Notes: generated from the letters alone by a model not told the origin. A DNA stretch of 64,000 nucleotides from Octopus vulgaris (GCA_951406725.2 OX597832.1:20398001-20462000), one strand, 5' to 3'. Shown: positions 1-14,850, counted from the stretch's first letter. Numbers and translations are program-made.

Positions 1-32
1 AATGATAATCAACCCATCATTCTACTGACTTA

Positions 33-333
33 CACTACACACTCAATAACACTATAAAATGGTCAAATTTTTTCTCCAAGATCTTAGACCCTCCTTCGAG
101 TAAACATCCTGACCAACTACAAAAGAAACCAGCAAAACAATTATTTCTTCTTCCCTCTCTCCCTTGTTTTTCCTTTCCTTCTTTTTCTTGAACACTTTTT
201 TCAGATACGAACACGCACACACACATGATCTCTCTGAATTTCTCCCCATTCATCACTCTCTTGTACTATCTTATATCCCTCCCCACCACTACACACTCAA
301 TAACACTATAAAATGGTCACATTTTTTCCACAG
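33..333 (+). repeat. ~45-bp direct repeat pair (33-78 and 287-333)
   Basis: CACTACACACTCAATAACACTATAAAATGGTCA(A/C)ATTTTTT occurs twice, 254 bp apart. Confidence 0.85.
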
Positions 334-718
334 GAACTTAGTTCAATTTGAAACCTCAACCAGAATGGACGAAAGCGGTGTTATATGATATATGATATAA
401 GTTATATGATGTATAAAAACATGCGATATATATATGTATGATATACATATATACATATGATATGACAAAGAGTCGCGCACGAAATAATTTTAGTATGCGC
501 TGGAACTGTGAAAGACTTGCTTCCTTCAATTTTTCTACACACGAATCGCCACAATGAATAACAATAATTCTACTATTAATAGTAATAATAATGATAATAA
601 TAATAATCGTATTAATAATGATAACATAATAGGAATAACATGCCAAATCTTTTGGAGCGTGAGATGTATATATATATATATATATTCATCAATAGATAGA
701 TAGATATATAGACAGGTG

Positions 719-802
<84 letters not shown>

Positions 803-1002
803 TACATGCGTATATGTACCAATTGTTTGTATATATATATACGCATATATATGTTAGTAAGTTGTGCTATCTCTGTATATGTAGTAATTTCATTTAGGTG
901 TTAAACCCTGGAGTTTAACGGAATTAAGCTAAAAGAAGTAAAGAATCGATCTTCCATTTTGTCTTATGTGTCAATGTTTGCGTATAGTATTGTATAATGA
1001 TA

Positions 1003-1051
1003 TATTAATGCTCACGAGATCGATTTTCGATAGAACAATTGTAAATGAATG
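1003..1051 (+). ncRNA. Degenerate hammerhead-like relic
   Basis: CTCACGA (for CTGANGA), GATCGA-ttt-TCGAT stem II, AGAA (for GAAA), palindromic CAATTG, TA, partial stem I TATTAATG/AATGAATG; core is mutated. Confidence 0.3.
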
Positions 1052-1240
1052 AAATAAAAGTAGTTACTCCCTCTATTCTCCTTGATCATAATTATTCATA
1101 TGCACATATATATAAAATATTATACAACTATATATACACACAGACACATACACACACACTCACTCACTTATACATACACACACAAGCACACACTCTTACA
1201 TACACACGCACACAAACATACTCATATATGTATATATTCA

Positions 1241-1309
1241 AATTTAGGATATTATACAATTTAGGATATTATACAAATTTAGGATATTATACAAATTAAG
1301 ATATTATAC
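1241..1309 (+). repeat. 18-19 bp minisatellite, ~4 copies
   Basis: TTAGGATATTATACAA(A)T repeated in tandem. Confidence 0.9.
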
Positions 1310-1499
1310 ATATATGTATATATACCAATATGTATATATCCTAATTTCCACATCCTAAGATCTTATTGGTACGTCTATATACAGAGAAAAATTCAAATTG
1401 AAGACCCGAATCTAACAAGTGGCATATTATGCATAATAATTCAATTTGCTAAATTTACAACGAAATTTTCCTTAGATCTTTCCTTATTGTGTTAAATAA

Positions 1500-2580
1500 G
1501 GAATGGAACATTTAAAATGTACTTCTAAATATATTATAACAGAAAAAAGAGTTATGTCAAACTGTTGGAAGGTTTTCAATGAAAGAATTTCTCCTTTAAT
1601 GCTAATCTCAGAATATAACAATTACGAAAGCGTCAAGGCCATAACTAGTATCGTTCATTCACATATCGTTCGTTCGCCCAACTCTGTGGAAATCGTAATA
1701 CAAACAGTACAGGAATCACACTGTATCACTACAGTTTCAAAAACCGTCCTGCCAGCACCGCCGTACATATCTGGAGAAACCCCAGCGCGCTTCTGTAACC
1801 AACGTATACTTGTTCTGCTTGAAGGCAAGGGCAGGCTATGCATAGAACTCTGGTACGAACCGATGACTTTTAAACCAAAAGGCCATCACCTTATCCATTT
1901 GGCCATTATGACTCTTCAACGCATTCTGCTATTGTTTATTGCTATATTTCCACGACCTCTTTGCCATTTCCGTCAGGTAACCACGTGACTTTTTATCACC
2001 AACGTCTCAAATGAATGAATTGTTGTCTTTTCGATTCGTCAGGAAAACTGGCTTTTTCTTTTCATTTCTTCTTTACTGTCACTGCCATAATAACACTGTG
2101 CATTCGTTGTTCGATGATGCTTCTACTTTAGCCTTAAATAGTAAAGTAAATACCACGGTGTCAAAGGTCAAACAAAGATGAAAGTTGTTCGGATTCGGAA
2201 AGATGTTGATCATAGCTATATTAAGAGTGCTTATCAAATAAGCTACTTACAATGGCGGCCGGTTTGACACAAGCGCAAATGTTCAATTTGGAAATAATGG
2301 TCAGACAGTTACCGTAGAAAATTCAATTTAAAATGTCCATAATACAAGAATTGTACAAAAAAAGGTTGCAGATCAAAGATAACTGTATTCAATGGAATGA
2401 CGAAATGAATCGCCCATCACTCAGATAATTCTAACTGATGCCTTCCGAACGTTTAGAGCCAAACTGAAGTTTCACTAAAGTCGTACACAAATTTCGGATC
2501 TAATTGGCAATACTTTGTTCTCGTTATAACGATGTATGCTTGACCGCAACGACCCAGCTATGAATGTGCGGCTTCAACAC
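1500..2580. promoter_or_regulatory. Repeat-free, CpG-containing island; candidate promoter, 5' UTR or enhancer
   Basis: ~1.1 kb without microsatellites or SINEs; DR1-like GTGTCA-A-AGGTCA (2158-2170); YY1-like AATGGCGGC (2251-2259); minus-strand donor ATT|GTAAGT at 2251/2250. Confidence 0.35.
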
Positions 2581-2639
2581 TCTCTCACACTCTCGCTCGC
2601 TCAGACTCGCGTTCTATCACTTTCTCTTGTAACACACAT

Positions 2640-2644
2640 ACACA

Positions 2645-2697
<53 letters not shown>

Positions 2698-2962
2698 TCG
2701 TGCATAAACGTGAGGAAAGAAATACATACTCGTCCAAATACGAAAACTTACGCATACAAGTGTATATACGGACAAGTGCGTAGGCATAAGTGTACGCATA
2801 TACGCATATGATAAATAAGCCACAGAGACACTCGTGTTTTACACCCAACCAAGAAATATGAGAAATAATATAAAATGTGTAAACACACATTCATATTGTA
2901 AACCCATATATCATTCAATGGTTCAGATATATATATATGATATGTATATACACACATATACA

Positions 2963-3009
<47 letters not shown>

Positions 3010-3173
3010 CTATATATATACATATATATATATATGTGTGTGTGTATATATATATATATGTATATATATATATGTAAATATATATATATATGTATATATA
3101 TATGTATATATATATATATGCATATATATATACATATATATATATATACATATATATATATATGTGTATGTGC

Positions 3174-3213
<40 letters not shown>

Positions 3214-3400
3214 TACACACACACACATATATATGTTCATATATGATCGCCCTTATATACATACACAAATAGACACAAATTTTTACGTACGTAGTTTGTA
3301 ATATATGTATAAGAATACGTACGTATATATTATATATAGGCATATATGTATGTGTGTGTAAATATACATATATATATGTGTGTGTGTGTGTGTGTGAGTG
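2640..3400. repeat. Compound (CA)n/(TA)n/(TG)n microsatellite region
   Basis: Direct reading; source of the YI/CV/HT ORFs. Confidence 0.95.
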
Positions 3401-3720
3401 TGTGAGTGTATGTATATAATATAACCTAATATATATGTATATATATATATGTATATATATATTATATATAAAATATTATTTATGCACATATACATATTTA
3501 ATGGCGTACATATACATAATTTACAGGAATATACACACATAATACACGCAAGCAAACAATGAAGCATATTTATATGCATACGCACACATACGCACATATA
3601 TATTGTAGACGTGGTTGATGTATAAATTCACACAATTACACGAACACATACAAGCACAGACACATATTTACAAATAAACGTTGTGAAATTCACATATACA
3701 TACGCACATCCATACATACT

Positions 3721-3767
<47 letters not shown>

Positions 3768-4318
3768 TGTGAAACACCCTTACAGACACCCACATACACA
3801 AACACGTATGCATCCACATACATCGCACGTATTGTGAACTACATTCATAAAACCGCAGACACACGCAGATACGCAGAGTGTTTGATTTGTGTAAGAACAA
3901 GAGCTAATTGTACAATTTATTGGCAATGAGTATGGAATGGGTCAAATACAGGTTAGAGTAATAGCCGAAGACTGGTTCTGAAGCGATGCTGCAAAAACCT
4001 TCTCTTCTAGTCAGAATAACAATGTGTGCCACGCCATTAAATCCGAGTCGTAAAACAATAAAGCGCTAATAAAATATCTCCTATTTTGGTGAATTTTGAA
4101 GTTTCAGCAAAAATTAGAGGGAGAGGAAGATAAAGACGACCAGGGTGTGTGAATGATAATATGAGAGGAAAAGAGGGTGTGTATTATATATGTGTATGTG
4201 TGTGTCTATGGGTGTGTCTGTGAGTGTGTGTGTATGTGTATTTACATATATATGAAAATACAAATATATACATGTATATACACACACACACACACACACA
4301 CACAGACACACACACACA

Positions 4319-4364
<46 letters not shown>

Positions 4365-4475
4365 CGCATATATATATATAATATCATTCTCTCATTCGCT
4401 CGCTAAATTTCCTTTAGTAACTCTCTCTTTCAGACACTTACTGTTTCTCTCTGTAAAAGAGTTAAGTAGATAGAT

Positions 4476-4952
<477 letters not shown>

Positions 4953-5186
4953 AATATGTGTGTGCGCATGTGAGTGTCTGTGTGTGTGTATCACATGTAC
5001 GTCGAAATATCAATAGGGATATGAAGGCTGTAAATATGTTGAATTTTTCTTAGCTTCTTTTAGCGTATATGTTTTTTATTTGTCATGTGTTAGACACATC
5101 GTACACAGAGTACAACAATATTGTAATGCGTATCTCCTCACGTTAGAAAGTATAAATAAACAATCCGATAATACGTACACGACTGC

Positions 5187-5217
<31 letters not shown>

Positions 5218-5499
5218 AACACACGCATCTAATTGTGTATGTGTACATATATGCGTGCCTTTGTGTGTGTACATGAATGTTTATGTGCGTATACTCATCT
5301 CTGCGTACGTATGTTAGTGAATATATATATATATATATATATACATATGTGTGTATATATTTGTATATCCCTTGTTTATATTATAAAGTTAGGATATTTA
5401 GATCCCATTTCACAATGATATTATCCCGTTTACAGCCAATTATATTTATACACACACACACACGCACACACACGCACGCACACACACATACACACACAA

Positions 5500-5552
<53 letters not shown>

Positions 5553-6481
5553 CCGGATTTATACATTAATATAGTGATTTATTCGTGTATGACAACATGT
5601 GTGTGTATACAAACAGAACAAGCTATTTGTTTTGTGAAGAGTAGACGTATAGAAATTGAACGACGGACAGGGGATAAAAATAATATACTGTTAGGAATAT
5701 TTTAAAAATAACTGTTGGTGAATATCACATGTTGTGAAATAAAATCTGACAATACATACATACATACATATGTAATTGTGTGATGTCAGGCATGTGTGTT
5801 TGTCTGCTGTGTATGTGTGTTTGAGCGCGTGTGTATATAGATGTATATAAATATACATATAAATATATATATATACATACATATGTATGTACGTATGTAT
5901 CAATTACATACACATATGGGTATAGTGACACGAATGCTATGCGCTTATATGAATAGTATCCTCACATTAAAATACACGGCGGAAATACAGGATGCTTGGG
6001 ACTTTGAAGTTTCAGTATTAGTTGCACGCTTGCCTTGATATTTGCATCCTTTTGCGCGCTATGTCTAAAACCAGATGAATATGCGACTATGTGTCAAATG
6101 GTCAAATAAGTGCATCGTTAACTAAGCAAATCTCGATGTGCTGTTGGGCAATAATATGCTGATGTGTTTGCGAATATTTCATTTTATATAATGCTGCTTC
6201 AGTCTGCTGGAGTATCAGTAAGCTAAAATCATTAGAACGTGTTGTTTATGAGTCTCCATATTCTAGAACACGCTTATAAGTACACATATGTGTATATATA
6301 GATATGTGTATATGTGTGCGTGTCGAGCATATAAAAGTTTGTATCCGAGTCTACGCGTATGTATATATATATACGTGTGTGTGTCCTAGGTATGTGTAGG
6401 TATGTATGTGTATTGAAAAACACAGAAGTCACTCGCGAGCGAATATCATCTGTGATATGGTTTATTATTCTGATTTCTTAC

Positions 6482-6569
6482 CTTGCACATAGAGTGTCTC
6501 TCTACTTTGAAAGGCTCAGCACTACTCTTCAGAGGAGAGGTGCTCGAGGACAGGGATCGTAGTCATTTT
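6482..6569 (-). other. Candidate 88-nt non-coding exon
   Basis: Minus strand: ctttaattattag|AAAATG...GTGCAAG|gtaaga; strong donor, weak acceptor; stops in all three frames. Confidence 0.28.
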
Positions 6570-6883
6570 CTAATAATTAAAGTATATCAATGATGCAAGG
6601 ACGGTGCTGCCTGCTCTAGCAATCGAAATTAAGACCTTAGGATCATGAACATAATACCTAGCAACGCGGTCACGCTATCTTACTCACATATATTCATGAA
6701 AACTCACAGCACACTAAATACTAATTATACGGTTTTTAAAAGCCTCAAGAGCCGCACACATTATATTCATTATATCAGGTAATTCGTTACTTGAAGTTTT
6801 TCCCAATTCTGGCTTTGCAGAAATTACTTGAGATTCCTTTATAAACAAAACTTTGAAACAGGCATTCGCAATTGATCAATTGC

Positions 6884-6926
<43 letters not shown>

Positions 6927-7087
6927 CATACATACATACTTACATACATACATACATTCATACATACATACACATATCTACACATTTATATTTATATGGT
7001 ATATATCTACGTTTGTGTGTGTGTATATATTTGTGCGAGTATATGTATGTGTCTGTATACTAATGTATATATGTATGCAAGTGAATG

Positions 7088-7122
<35 letters not shown>

Positions 7123-7692
7123 GTGTGTGTGTGTGTGTGTGTGTGTTTATTACATGCCACACACGAACACATAATTTGCATGCCCTCACACACACAAACA
7201 CACTACGCCAACATTACTTTTCGTGTTTGCAGTGTCATCCTATTGAACCGTATTCACTCATGCACGTTGTCACGCGTGGTTACGCACATCAATACTTAAT
7301 TAGACATAGACGCGCGCACACACAGACACATACACGCATGCACACGCACCTTCATACACTCTTACAAACCTACACAAACATATCACAAACCACACACATA
7401 CACATCGCTTTTACTCAAACAAAACAGAATGCATACGTAATACTCAAAAGAAGGAAGCTTCCATTTTTATGTCTGTCTGTGTGTGTGTGTGTGTGTATGT
7501 GTGTGCGTGATTTTTTTTGTTTGTTTGTCAGTTTTTTTGGGGTTTTTTGCGAATACCCTCACTCATACGCTTGTTTATTTCTTTGATTAAATTTTCTAAT
7601 TTGATTAACCAATAAAACAAAAATACAAATAAACAAACGTCACAATACTATAATGAAATAGCGCTAAGGCACTTGGCAGAAACAGAAATTGA

Positions 7693-7696
<4 letters not shown>

Positions 7697-7777
<81 letters not shown>

Positions 7778-7787
7778 CATCATTATT

Positions 7788-7825
<38 letters not shown>

Positions 7826-7923
7826 CATCATTATTATTATTATTATTATTATTATCATCATCATCATCATCATTACAGTTATTATTATTATTATTATTAT
7901 TATTGTTGTTGTTGTTATTATTA

Positions 7924-7964
<41 letters not shown>

Positions 7965-8360
7965 GTCACTATCATCATCATCATTAACATCGTCGGCATT
8001 ATCATCACCACCACCATCGTCATCATCATCATCATCATCATCATCGTCGTCATCACCATCATCACCATCATCATCATCATCATCATCATCATCTTCATCA
8101 TAATCACTATTACTATTATTATTGATGTTGTTTTTATTGATGCTTGTGTTTGCGCTGTTTTCATTTTATTGTGGTTAGCATGTTTATTGATAAATTGTGG
8201 TTGCTATTTTTGTTTTTTTCTTTTGCAGTTATGCTTATGTTGTTAATATTATTTTCCTTATTAAATTTAATACAAAAGATAAAAAAAACAAACAAGCGAA
8301 ATACGATCACCCTCTTGCCAGTTCTAATCTTCGTTGTCAACATCATGATAATCTTCATGC

Positions 8361-8392
<32 letters not shown>

Positions 8393-8513
8393 GTCATCCT
8401 CATCATCACCATCATCATCATCGTCATCATCACCATCATCACCATCATTATCATCATCATCATCGTCATCATCATCATCGTCGTCATCATCATCATCATC
8501 GTCGTCGTCGTCG

Positions 8514-8552
<39 letters not shown>

Positions 8553-8640
8553 CTATTGACATCGTCATCGTCGTCATCTCCTTCGTCCTCAGACATTTTC
8601 GTCGTCTTTAACATCCTCAGTCCTTAGTCGTCGTCGTCGT
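7697..8640. repeat. (ATT)n/(ATC)n/(GTC)n trinucleotide region
   Basis: Direct reading; explains poly-I, poly-H and poly-D ORFs. Confidence 0.97.
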
Positions 8641-8826
8641 TGTCGTCGTCACCGACGGCGGCGGCGCTGTCATCGTCTCAGTTATTTTCATCGTTATACA
8701 CCTCTCCCTCCTTCTCCTCATTCCCGTTTCTTATAATCATCATCACTATTGTCGTCGCCAACCCCCAGCACTGCTCTCCTTTACTCAAACTCCTCACGCA
8801 CATACCCCACGTTACTCTTTCCCCAT

Positions 8827-8872
<46 letters not shown>

Positions 8873-9221
8873 GTATAAGCATCGTCATCATATTCGTACA
8901 CACTGCGACCATAATCATCACACCACCACCATTAATATTCTTTATTTATTGGTTGTTGCTGTTGCTGTTGTTGTTATTGTTATTGCTAATAACGATGAAA
9001 AAGAAACAACAATAAATGAAACGTATAAAACTATAAGTAAATAAATGAATAAATAAAATAACAAATGTCGTAGACATGTAGATTTAATTTCCTTCGAGAA
9101 GAATCATTTCCCTAACTGCCTCCATACAATAACGCCTTTATATTTTGTCTCGCTTAAAACATGCATGAACATATACAATCGGGTACACTCATATATGCGC
9201 GTCTCACTGTGTGTAAGTGCA

Positions 9222-9513
<292 letters not shown>

Positions 9514-9658
9514 TAATTTAGGGTATCTAAGAGATACCCCCACGCTGGAAATAGTAGCTAAAACGTGACTCTAAAACCACATTAAATGTTTGAAGTTTTT
9601 ATTCCTATGCTGGCCACTTAATGAGATCGATATTTAAATTAACGATCTTATACCTATT

Positions 9659-9708
<50 letters not shown>

Positions 9709-10255
9709 TATACACACATATATGCTTGATTCTCTTTCTCCTTCTTTGTGTGCGTGTGCGCCCGTGTGTGTGCTTATATAGGTGTGAGTGTAAGAGTACT
9801 GATCGACTCATCCGTGTTCTATTCCAAACACTATATTTCTTCGTTACCGTCCGTGATACAATCTGTGGTATCTAATAGTTGATTGATGAATTCTTTGTCA
9901 CATTCGATGATGAAAATTTTGTCGCATCATCAAGAGAATTAATTAGATCTACTTTAAATAACATAAAATTTGCTGAGTACACCATAGGCATATCTAGTCT
10001 CAAAATTTATTCTCAGTTTGAGTCAACGTCAAAGGATAATTGACGATTATTCACCCTAAACAACGGATTTCCCACGTACGTTCTCAATTCTCTCCGAGGA
10101 GACTTGAATCGGCCCGGCATTTTCCCAAATGGAATTACATCCACGCAACGGAAACTCACCAAGGACCTCTTGATTCCGATATAAAATTCTATCCTTAATC
10201 CTCAGCTATGTCCAGGTCCACTTCATGGATATACCATAGATACACGAATACAGAG

Positions 10256-10422
10256 ATTGATTTCAAATTTTGTCACGAGACCAATAATTTTGGAAAAAGG
10301 TGTAAGTGGGTAGTATCGATTCAGGTGCTTAACTAGTAGCTATTTTATTGCCCCCGAAGGGAAGTCGGGCAAGGTCGACGTCCGGCAGAGTTTGAATTCA
10401 TAATATAAAGACGGACGAAATA
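10256..10422 (-). mobile_element. SINE family A, old diverged copy
   Basis: Matches the family A body (CCCCGAA..., GTCGAC, TTTGAA.TCA, GACGAAAT) seen in better copies in this window. Confidence 0.75.
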
Positions 10423-10517
10423 TCACGCATACAAACATTAACTCACACTTGATTGCGGCTAGACATATATGCGCGTGTGTGTGTCTTTGTTTATGTGTGT
10501 GTTTGTGAGTATCTGTG

Positions 10518-10586
<69 letters not shown>

Positions 10587-11009
10587 AGTTACATATCTAT
10601 CCATCTATCTATCTAATCTATCTATCTATATGTATATATATATAACGCTTAGTCGCGTTAACAAAGGGACGTGAGCTCGACTTCCACGCATATAGGAAAG
10701 CCTTCTTTGTTTTATCGAGGGCTTATATCCCCTTTGTTAGACTATTTTTCTTCGTCATTGCATGGTGATAGCTTTAAGCTTATATAAAAAATACCATTGT
10801 TATTATTCACAGGATCGTAAAAACGGCGCCGTATAAAAATCATTCGCACTGACAGCATATATATATAATACTGATAAGAATAGCGGACTCTCCCGTCGTT
10901 GGACGACGTATGACGGTTCGACAATTTCCTACCGAACAGCCACACAGATGATTTCTTTGTAGTGATCAAATGTTTGTGTAGACATAAGCTCACTGCTTCC
11001 ATGAAATCG

Positions 11010-11182
11010 ACTTTACCTGTACAGGTGCAAGTGGGTGCCACATGTCAGATATCGAAATGATTGCAGAGCAACATGATATGAAGTGCTTTGCTCAAGAACA
11101 TAACGCAACGCCCTGTCTGGAAATCGAAACTACGATCTCACAATCGTGTGTGGAACACCGTAACCACTGAGCCATGCGCCGT
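11010..11182 (-). mobile_element. tRNA-derived SINE, family C-related head with CORE-like domain
   Basis: Minus strand GGCGCATGGCTCAGTGGTTA (A box), GTTTCGATTTCC (B box), TGTTCTTGAGCAAAGCACTTCAT; similar to 42009-42255. Confidence 0.7.
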
Positions 11183-11302
11183 CATATTTATATATATAAA
11201 AACGAGCAGCAAAGAAAAATAGAGAGAAGAAATAAAAAGTAAGAAAGAACGAGAAAAGAAAGGAAGAAAAAGACAGACACACAGACAAGGAGATAGATAG
11301 AT

Positions 11303-11365
<63 letters not shown>

Positions 11366-11367
<2 letters not shown>

Positions 11368-11546
11368 TTTCTTTATTAGCCACACAGGGTTGAACACTAA
11401 AGTGGGGTTAGATTTTTGATCAAAAGGGATCGTAAAAAAAAACGATCAATAGGGATTGTGTATCACAGAAATGTCATGATGTAAAGTATAAAGGGGGGGG
11501 GGCAGATAAGGTTTATCCGTGGAAAGAAAAAGCTACGGAAAAGGAC
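11366..11546 (-). mobile_element. Probable LINE 3' UTR fragment sharing its tail with SINE family A
   Basis: Minus end GTGTTCAACCCTGTGTGGCTAATAAAGAAACA resembles SINE A tail GTGTTTAGCCCCTTGTGGGTAGTAAAGAAATA; upstream sequence unrelated to the SINE; lies between (AG)n and (GATA)n. Confidence 0.5.
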
Positions 11547-11636
<90 letters not shown>

Positions 11637-12151
11637 ATACATACATACATACATACATACATACATACATACATACATACATACATACGTATATACATAC
11701 ATACATACATACATACATACATACATACATACATACTTAGAATGGAAGGACGAAAGAGGTAAATTTTAGATATTTAGCATTAAATTGACCGCTCCTCGTT
11801 GAAATTTTTCGTCGTTATTTGGTTCCCTCCAAATATCTCCCAATGACTTCTAGTATAGAATCGTCTCTGTATGATTTCGAATCTCATATTTCACTATCAA
11901 TGAATATTTCAATCTTTATGAATACACGTCAATGAATCTCATTCTTCTAAACATGGTGATGCATGTTTCTCCTATAGAAAATCATTATCCTATTATCCTA
12001 TTTCTGACAAGGTGCTTTATAAACGATTTTCGTAGTGTGTCATAACTTGTTTCCATCGCATATACAGTTTACCTTTGCATATCCGGTTTCGAATTTCATC
12101 GCAGTCATTCACAAATAAACCTGTTGTTTTTTATTAGAAAAGTTTATTGTA

Positions 12152-12626
12152 ATATCCTTTCTATAATAGGCACGAGGCCTGAAATTTTAGGTGTTAGAAC
12201 TAATTGATTATTAATTGATAGAACTAATTGATTAGGCGGCGAGCTGGCAGAAACGTTAGCACGCCGGACGAAATGATTAGCGGCATTTTGTCTGCCGTTG
12301 CATTCTGAGTTCAAATTCTACCGAGGTCGACTTTGCCTTTCGGGGTCGATAAATTAAATACTATTTACGCACTGGGGTAGATCTAATCGACTTAATCCCT
12401 TTGTCTGTCCTTGTTTGTCCCCTCTGTGTTTAGCCCCTTGTGGGCAGTAAAGAAAAAGGAGCTAATTGATTATATCAAACTCAGTGCACAACTGGTACAT
12501 ATCCCATCGGTCACGGTATGTTGAAAGGCGAAGTCACCTTCGGCGGAATTTGAACTAAAAACATGAAGACGGGCGAAATGCCGCAAAGCATTTTCTCCGG
12601 CATTTAACAAATCTGCCAGCTCACGA
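12152..12626 (-). mobile_element. Old SINE family A copy interrupted by a younger copy
   Basis: Tail at 12152-12230 and body/head at 12460-12626 are colinear once the insert is removed. Confidence 0.8.
12235..12457 (+). mobile_element. Young full-length SINE family A (tRNA-derived) with target-site duplication
   Basis: GGCGGCGAGCTGGCAGAAACGTTAGC head, GAGTTCAAATTC B box, GCCTTTCGGGGTCGATAAATTAA body, GTAAAGAAA tail; CTAATTGATTA on both sides. Confidence 0.92.
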
Positions 12627-13450
12627 CTTCGAACAATTTTTTGTAATATCGGTTTCACATCTTGGTACAAGGTCAGAAATTTCTAGGGAGAAAGTAATTC
12701 GATCACCTTATCATGAATTATTTACAATATAACCATATTAGTACCAGATCTGCATTTTGTAAAACTGCAATTGTTTCTAGTACCCATTCATCACTTAGTA
12801 TCATTTTATTTGTTATAGTACCATAATTATAAACCATAACTACCATGTGAAAATAGCCACTCATTTTTCTTGCTCAATACATCATGATAGGCATAATTTG
12901 TTGTGGCAGTCTTTGGGATATATCACCTATGGACGAGTTGTTTCTAAAAGGATAAAAGATTTCCGATTTCTTTTTAGCCTAAAGCTTTCCAGGTGAGAAA
13001 TGAAGGTCTCGATTGAAGTACATTCTCAATTCTGTCATTGTATACGATGTATATATATATGTGTGTGTGTGTGTGGAACACCGTAACCACTGAGCCATGC
13101 GCCGTCATATATATAAAGGAGCAGCAAAGAGAAATAGAGGGAAGAAATAAAAAGTAAGAAAGAACGAGAAAAGAAAGGAAGAAAAAGACAGACGTACAGA
13201 CAAGGAGATAGATAAATAGAGAGAGAGAGAGAGAGAGAGATGTTTTCGTTTCTGTTGAGTTCTACGTCTTTTTATGGTGTCCTGTACTTACGTATATATA
13301 TTTATATATGCATGTATATATACATGTAGATGTAGGTACGCACATATATGTTTGTATGTATGCATATATTTTATTTATTATACAGCGCTTCGCGTCGGGT
13401 TCGTTCGATTCATTCTTCGCTTCGTTCCGTTTCTTATCCTCCCAGTATGT

Positions 13451-13486
<36 letters not shown>

Positions 13487-14314
13487 TTCCATTTCATTTA
13501 ATCGTATCAATCAGAAGGGGTAGAAAATCATTCCAACTGTGAGGGAGGAGAGCGTTAGATGCATTTCTGCCTCCCTGCACGTCATCAATAATATAAACAC
13601 ATAGCCAGCGTGCTTAGACGAAATACGGCACCAGAGATATATACAAAAACATTGAATAAACAATCACCTATGTTGCAAATAGACCCCTGACTGAATAAGA
13701 TTCAGGTTATATGAAATAGAAACAGTAGTAGATTAAAATAGCTATGTATATATCATACTTACTGAAAAAAAACATCATGATAGGCTAGTACAATATCCAT
13801 TCGGATGTAGTATTTACAATGGAAGCACTTGTTGAATATATTGGATATAATTTAATACTGCTTTTATCTTATATAACGTACCATATTAATATCAAAGAAA
13901 TTTTAGTGAAAATATTTGATATCATATTTTTATACACCGGTTCTAAATAGAAGGATACTGTCCCATTGTATTTATTCTGTGACCATATCCTTATAGCATG
14001 GGGACAATTTGATGTCATAATCTGATCTGATAAGGTAAGTTGAGGATCAATGGAGCAGAAGTTAAATATCGTATCCGGTTATTAATGGAAGCCTGACATT
14101 GTCTTATTAGAAGAATAGATTATAAGATTAACGGATTTAAAACACATGCGAAAACTAATAGTCAACCATACATATTTTTTACATGAGTACAAACACTCGC
14201 ACGTGCACTGCACATACAGCTACACATACATGCATACATACTTACATATAAATATACACACACCTACATACATACACACATTTACACGGGTTCTTACACA
14301 CACATATACGTACC

Positions 14315-14424
<110 letters not shown>

Positions 14425-14757
14425 TATATATATGTGTATGGTTGGGGGTACAGTATAACTAATAAAAAAACAAGTGTAGAACGATATACAGATAAGTACA
14501 TGACGTTTGCGAATTCCAAAAGTTAATTTCTTTGGACAAACATAACTAATACTTCTCACCTGTTTCGCTTGAAGCAACAAACACCTGCAAGATTTGTAAC
14601 TCTCCGAAACAACTACAGCTTACAACCAATCATATGTTTCTTTTGCTCTAAAAACTGGATAATTATTTAACGATCTTTCAACGCCGCTAGCTATATTCAA
14701 AATTTTGGCAAGCCAATTATTGACCAGACTTAGGACTACACTTCTAATTATCTTCCG

Positions 14758-14791
<34 letters not shown>

Positions 14792-14804
14792 AAATATATA
14801 TATG

Positions 14805-14850
<46 letters not shown>

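Larger units (their letters stand above)
11147..13245 (+). repeat. ~200-bp local duplication (11147-11370 and 13069-13245)
   Basis: GTGTGTGGAACACCGTAACCACTGAGCCATGCGCCGTCATAT...GAAATAAAAAGTAAGAAAGAACGAGAAAAGAAAGGAAG...(AG)nATGTTT present twice. Confidence 0.9.

Noticed and set aside
2455-2510. Minus strand TAGATCCGAAATTTGTG resembles the 3' part of miR-10
   Set aside because: Seed region does not match and the fold-back gives only about 11 pairs, too weak for a pre-miRNA.
13998-14040. Plus-strand AAG|GTAAGT donor with a nearby acceptor
   Set aside because: Stops in all three frames and no partner exons.
14560-14584. 25-nt minus-strand microexon (cttgcag|GTGTTTG...AAACAG|gtgaga) that would extend the 28.7-kb frame as GVCCFKRN
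   Set aside because: Poor pyrimidine tract, and it lies in a block between (TA)n tracts that looks like a transposon remnant; not supportable without RNA data.
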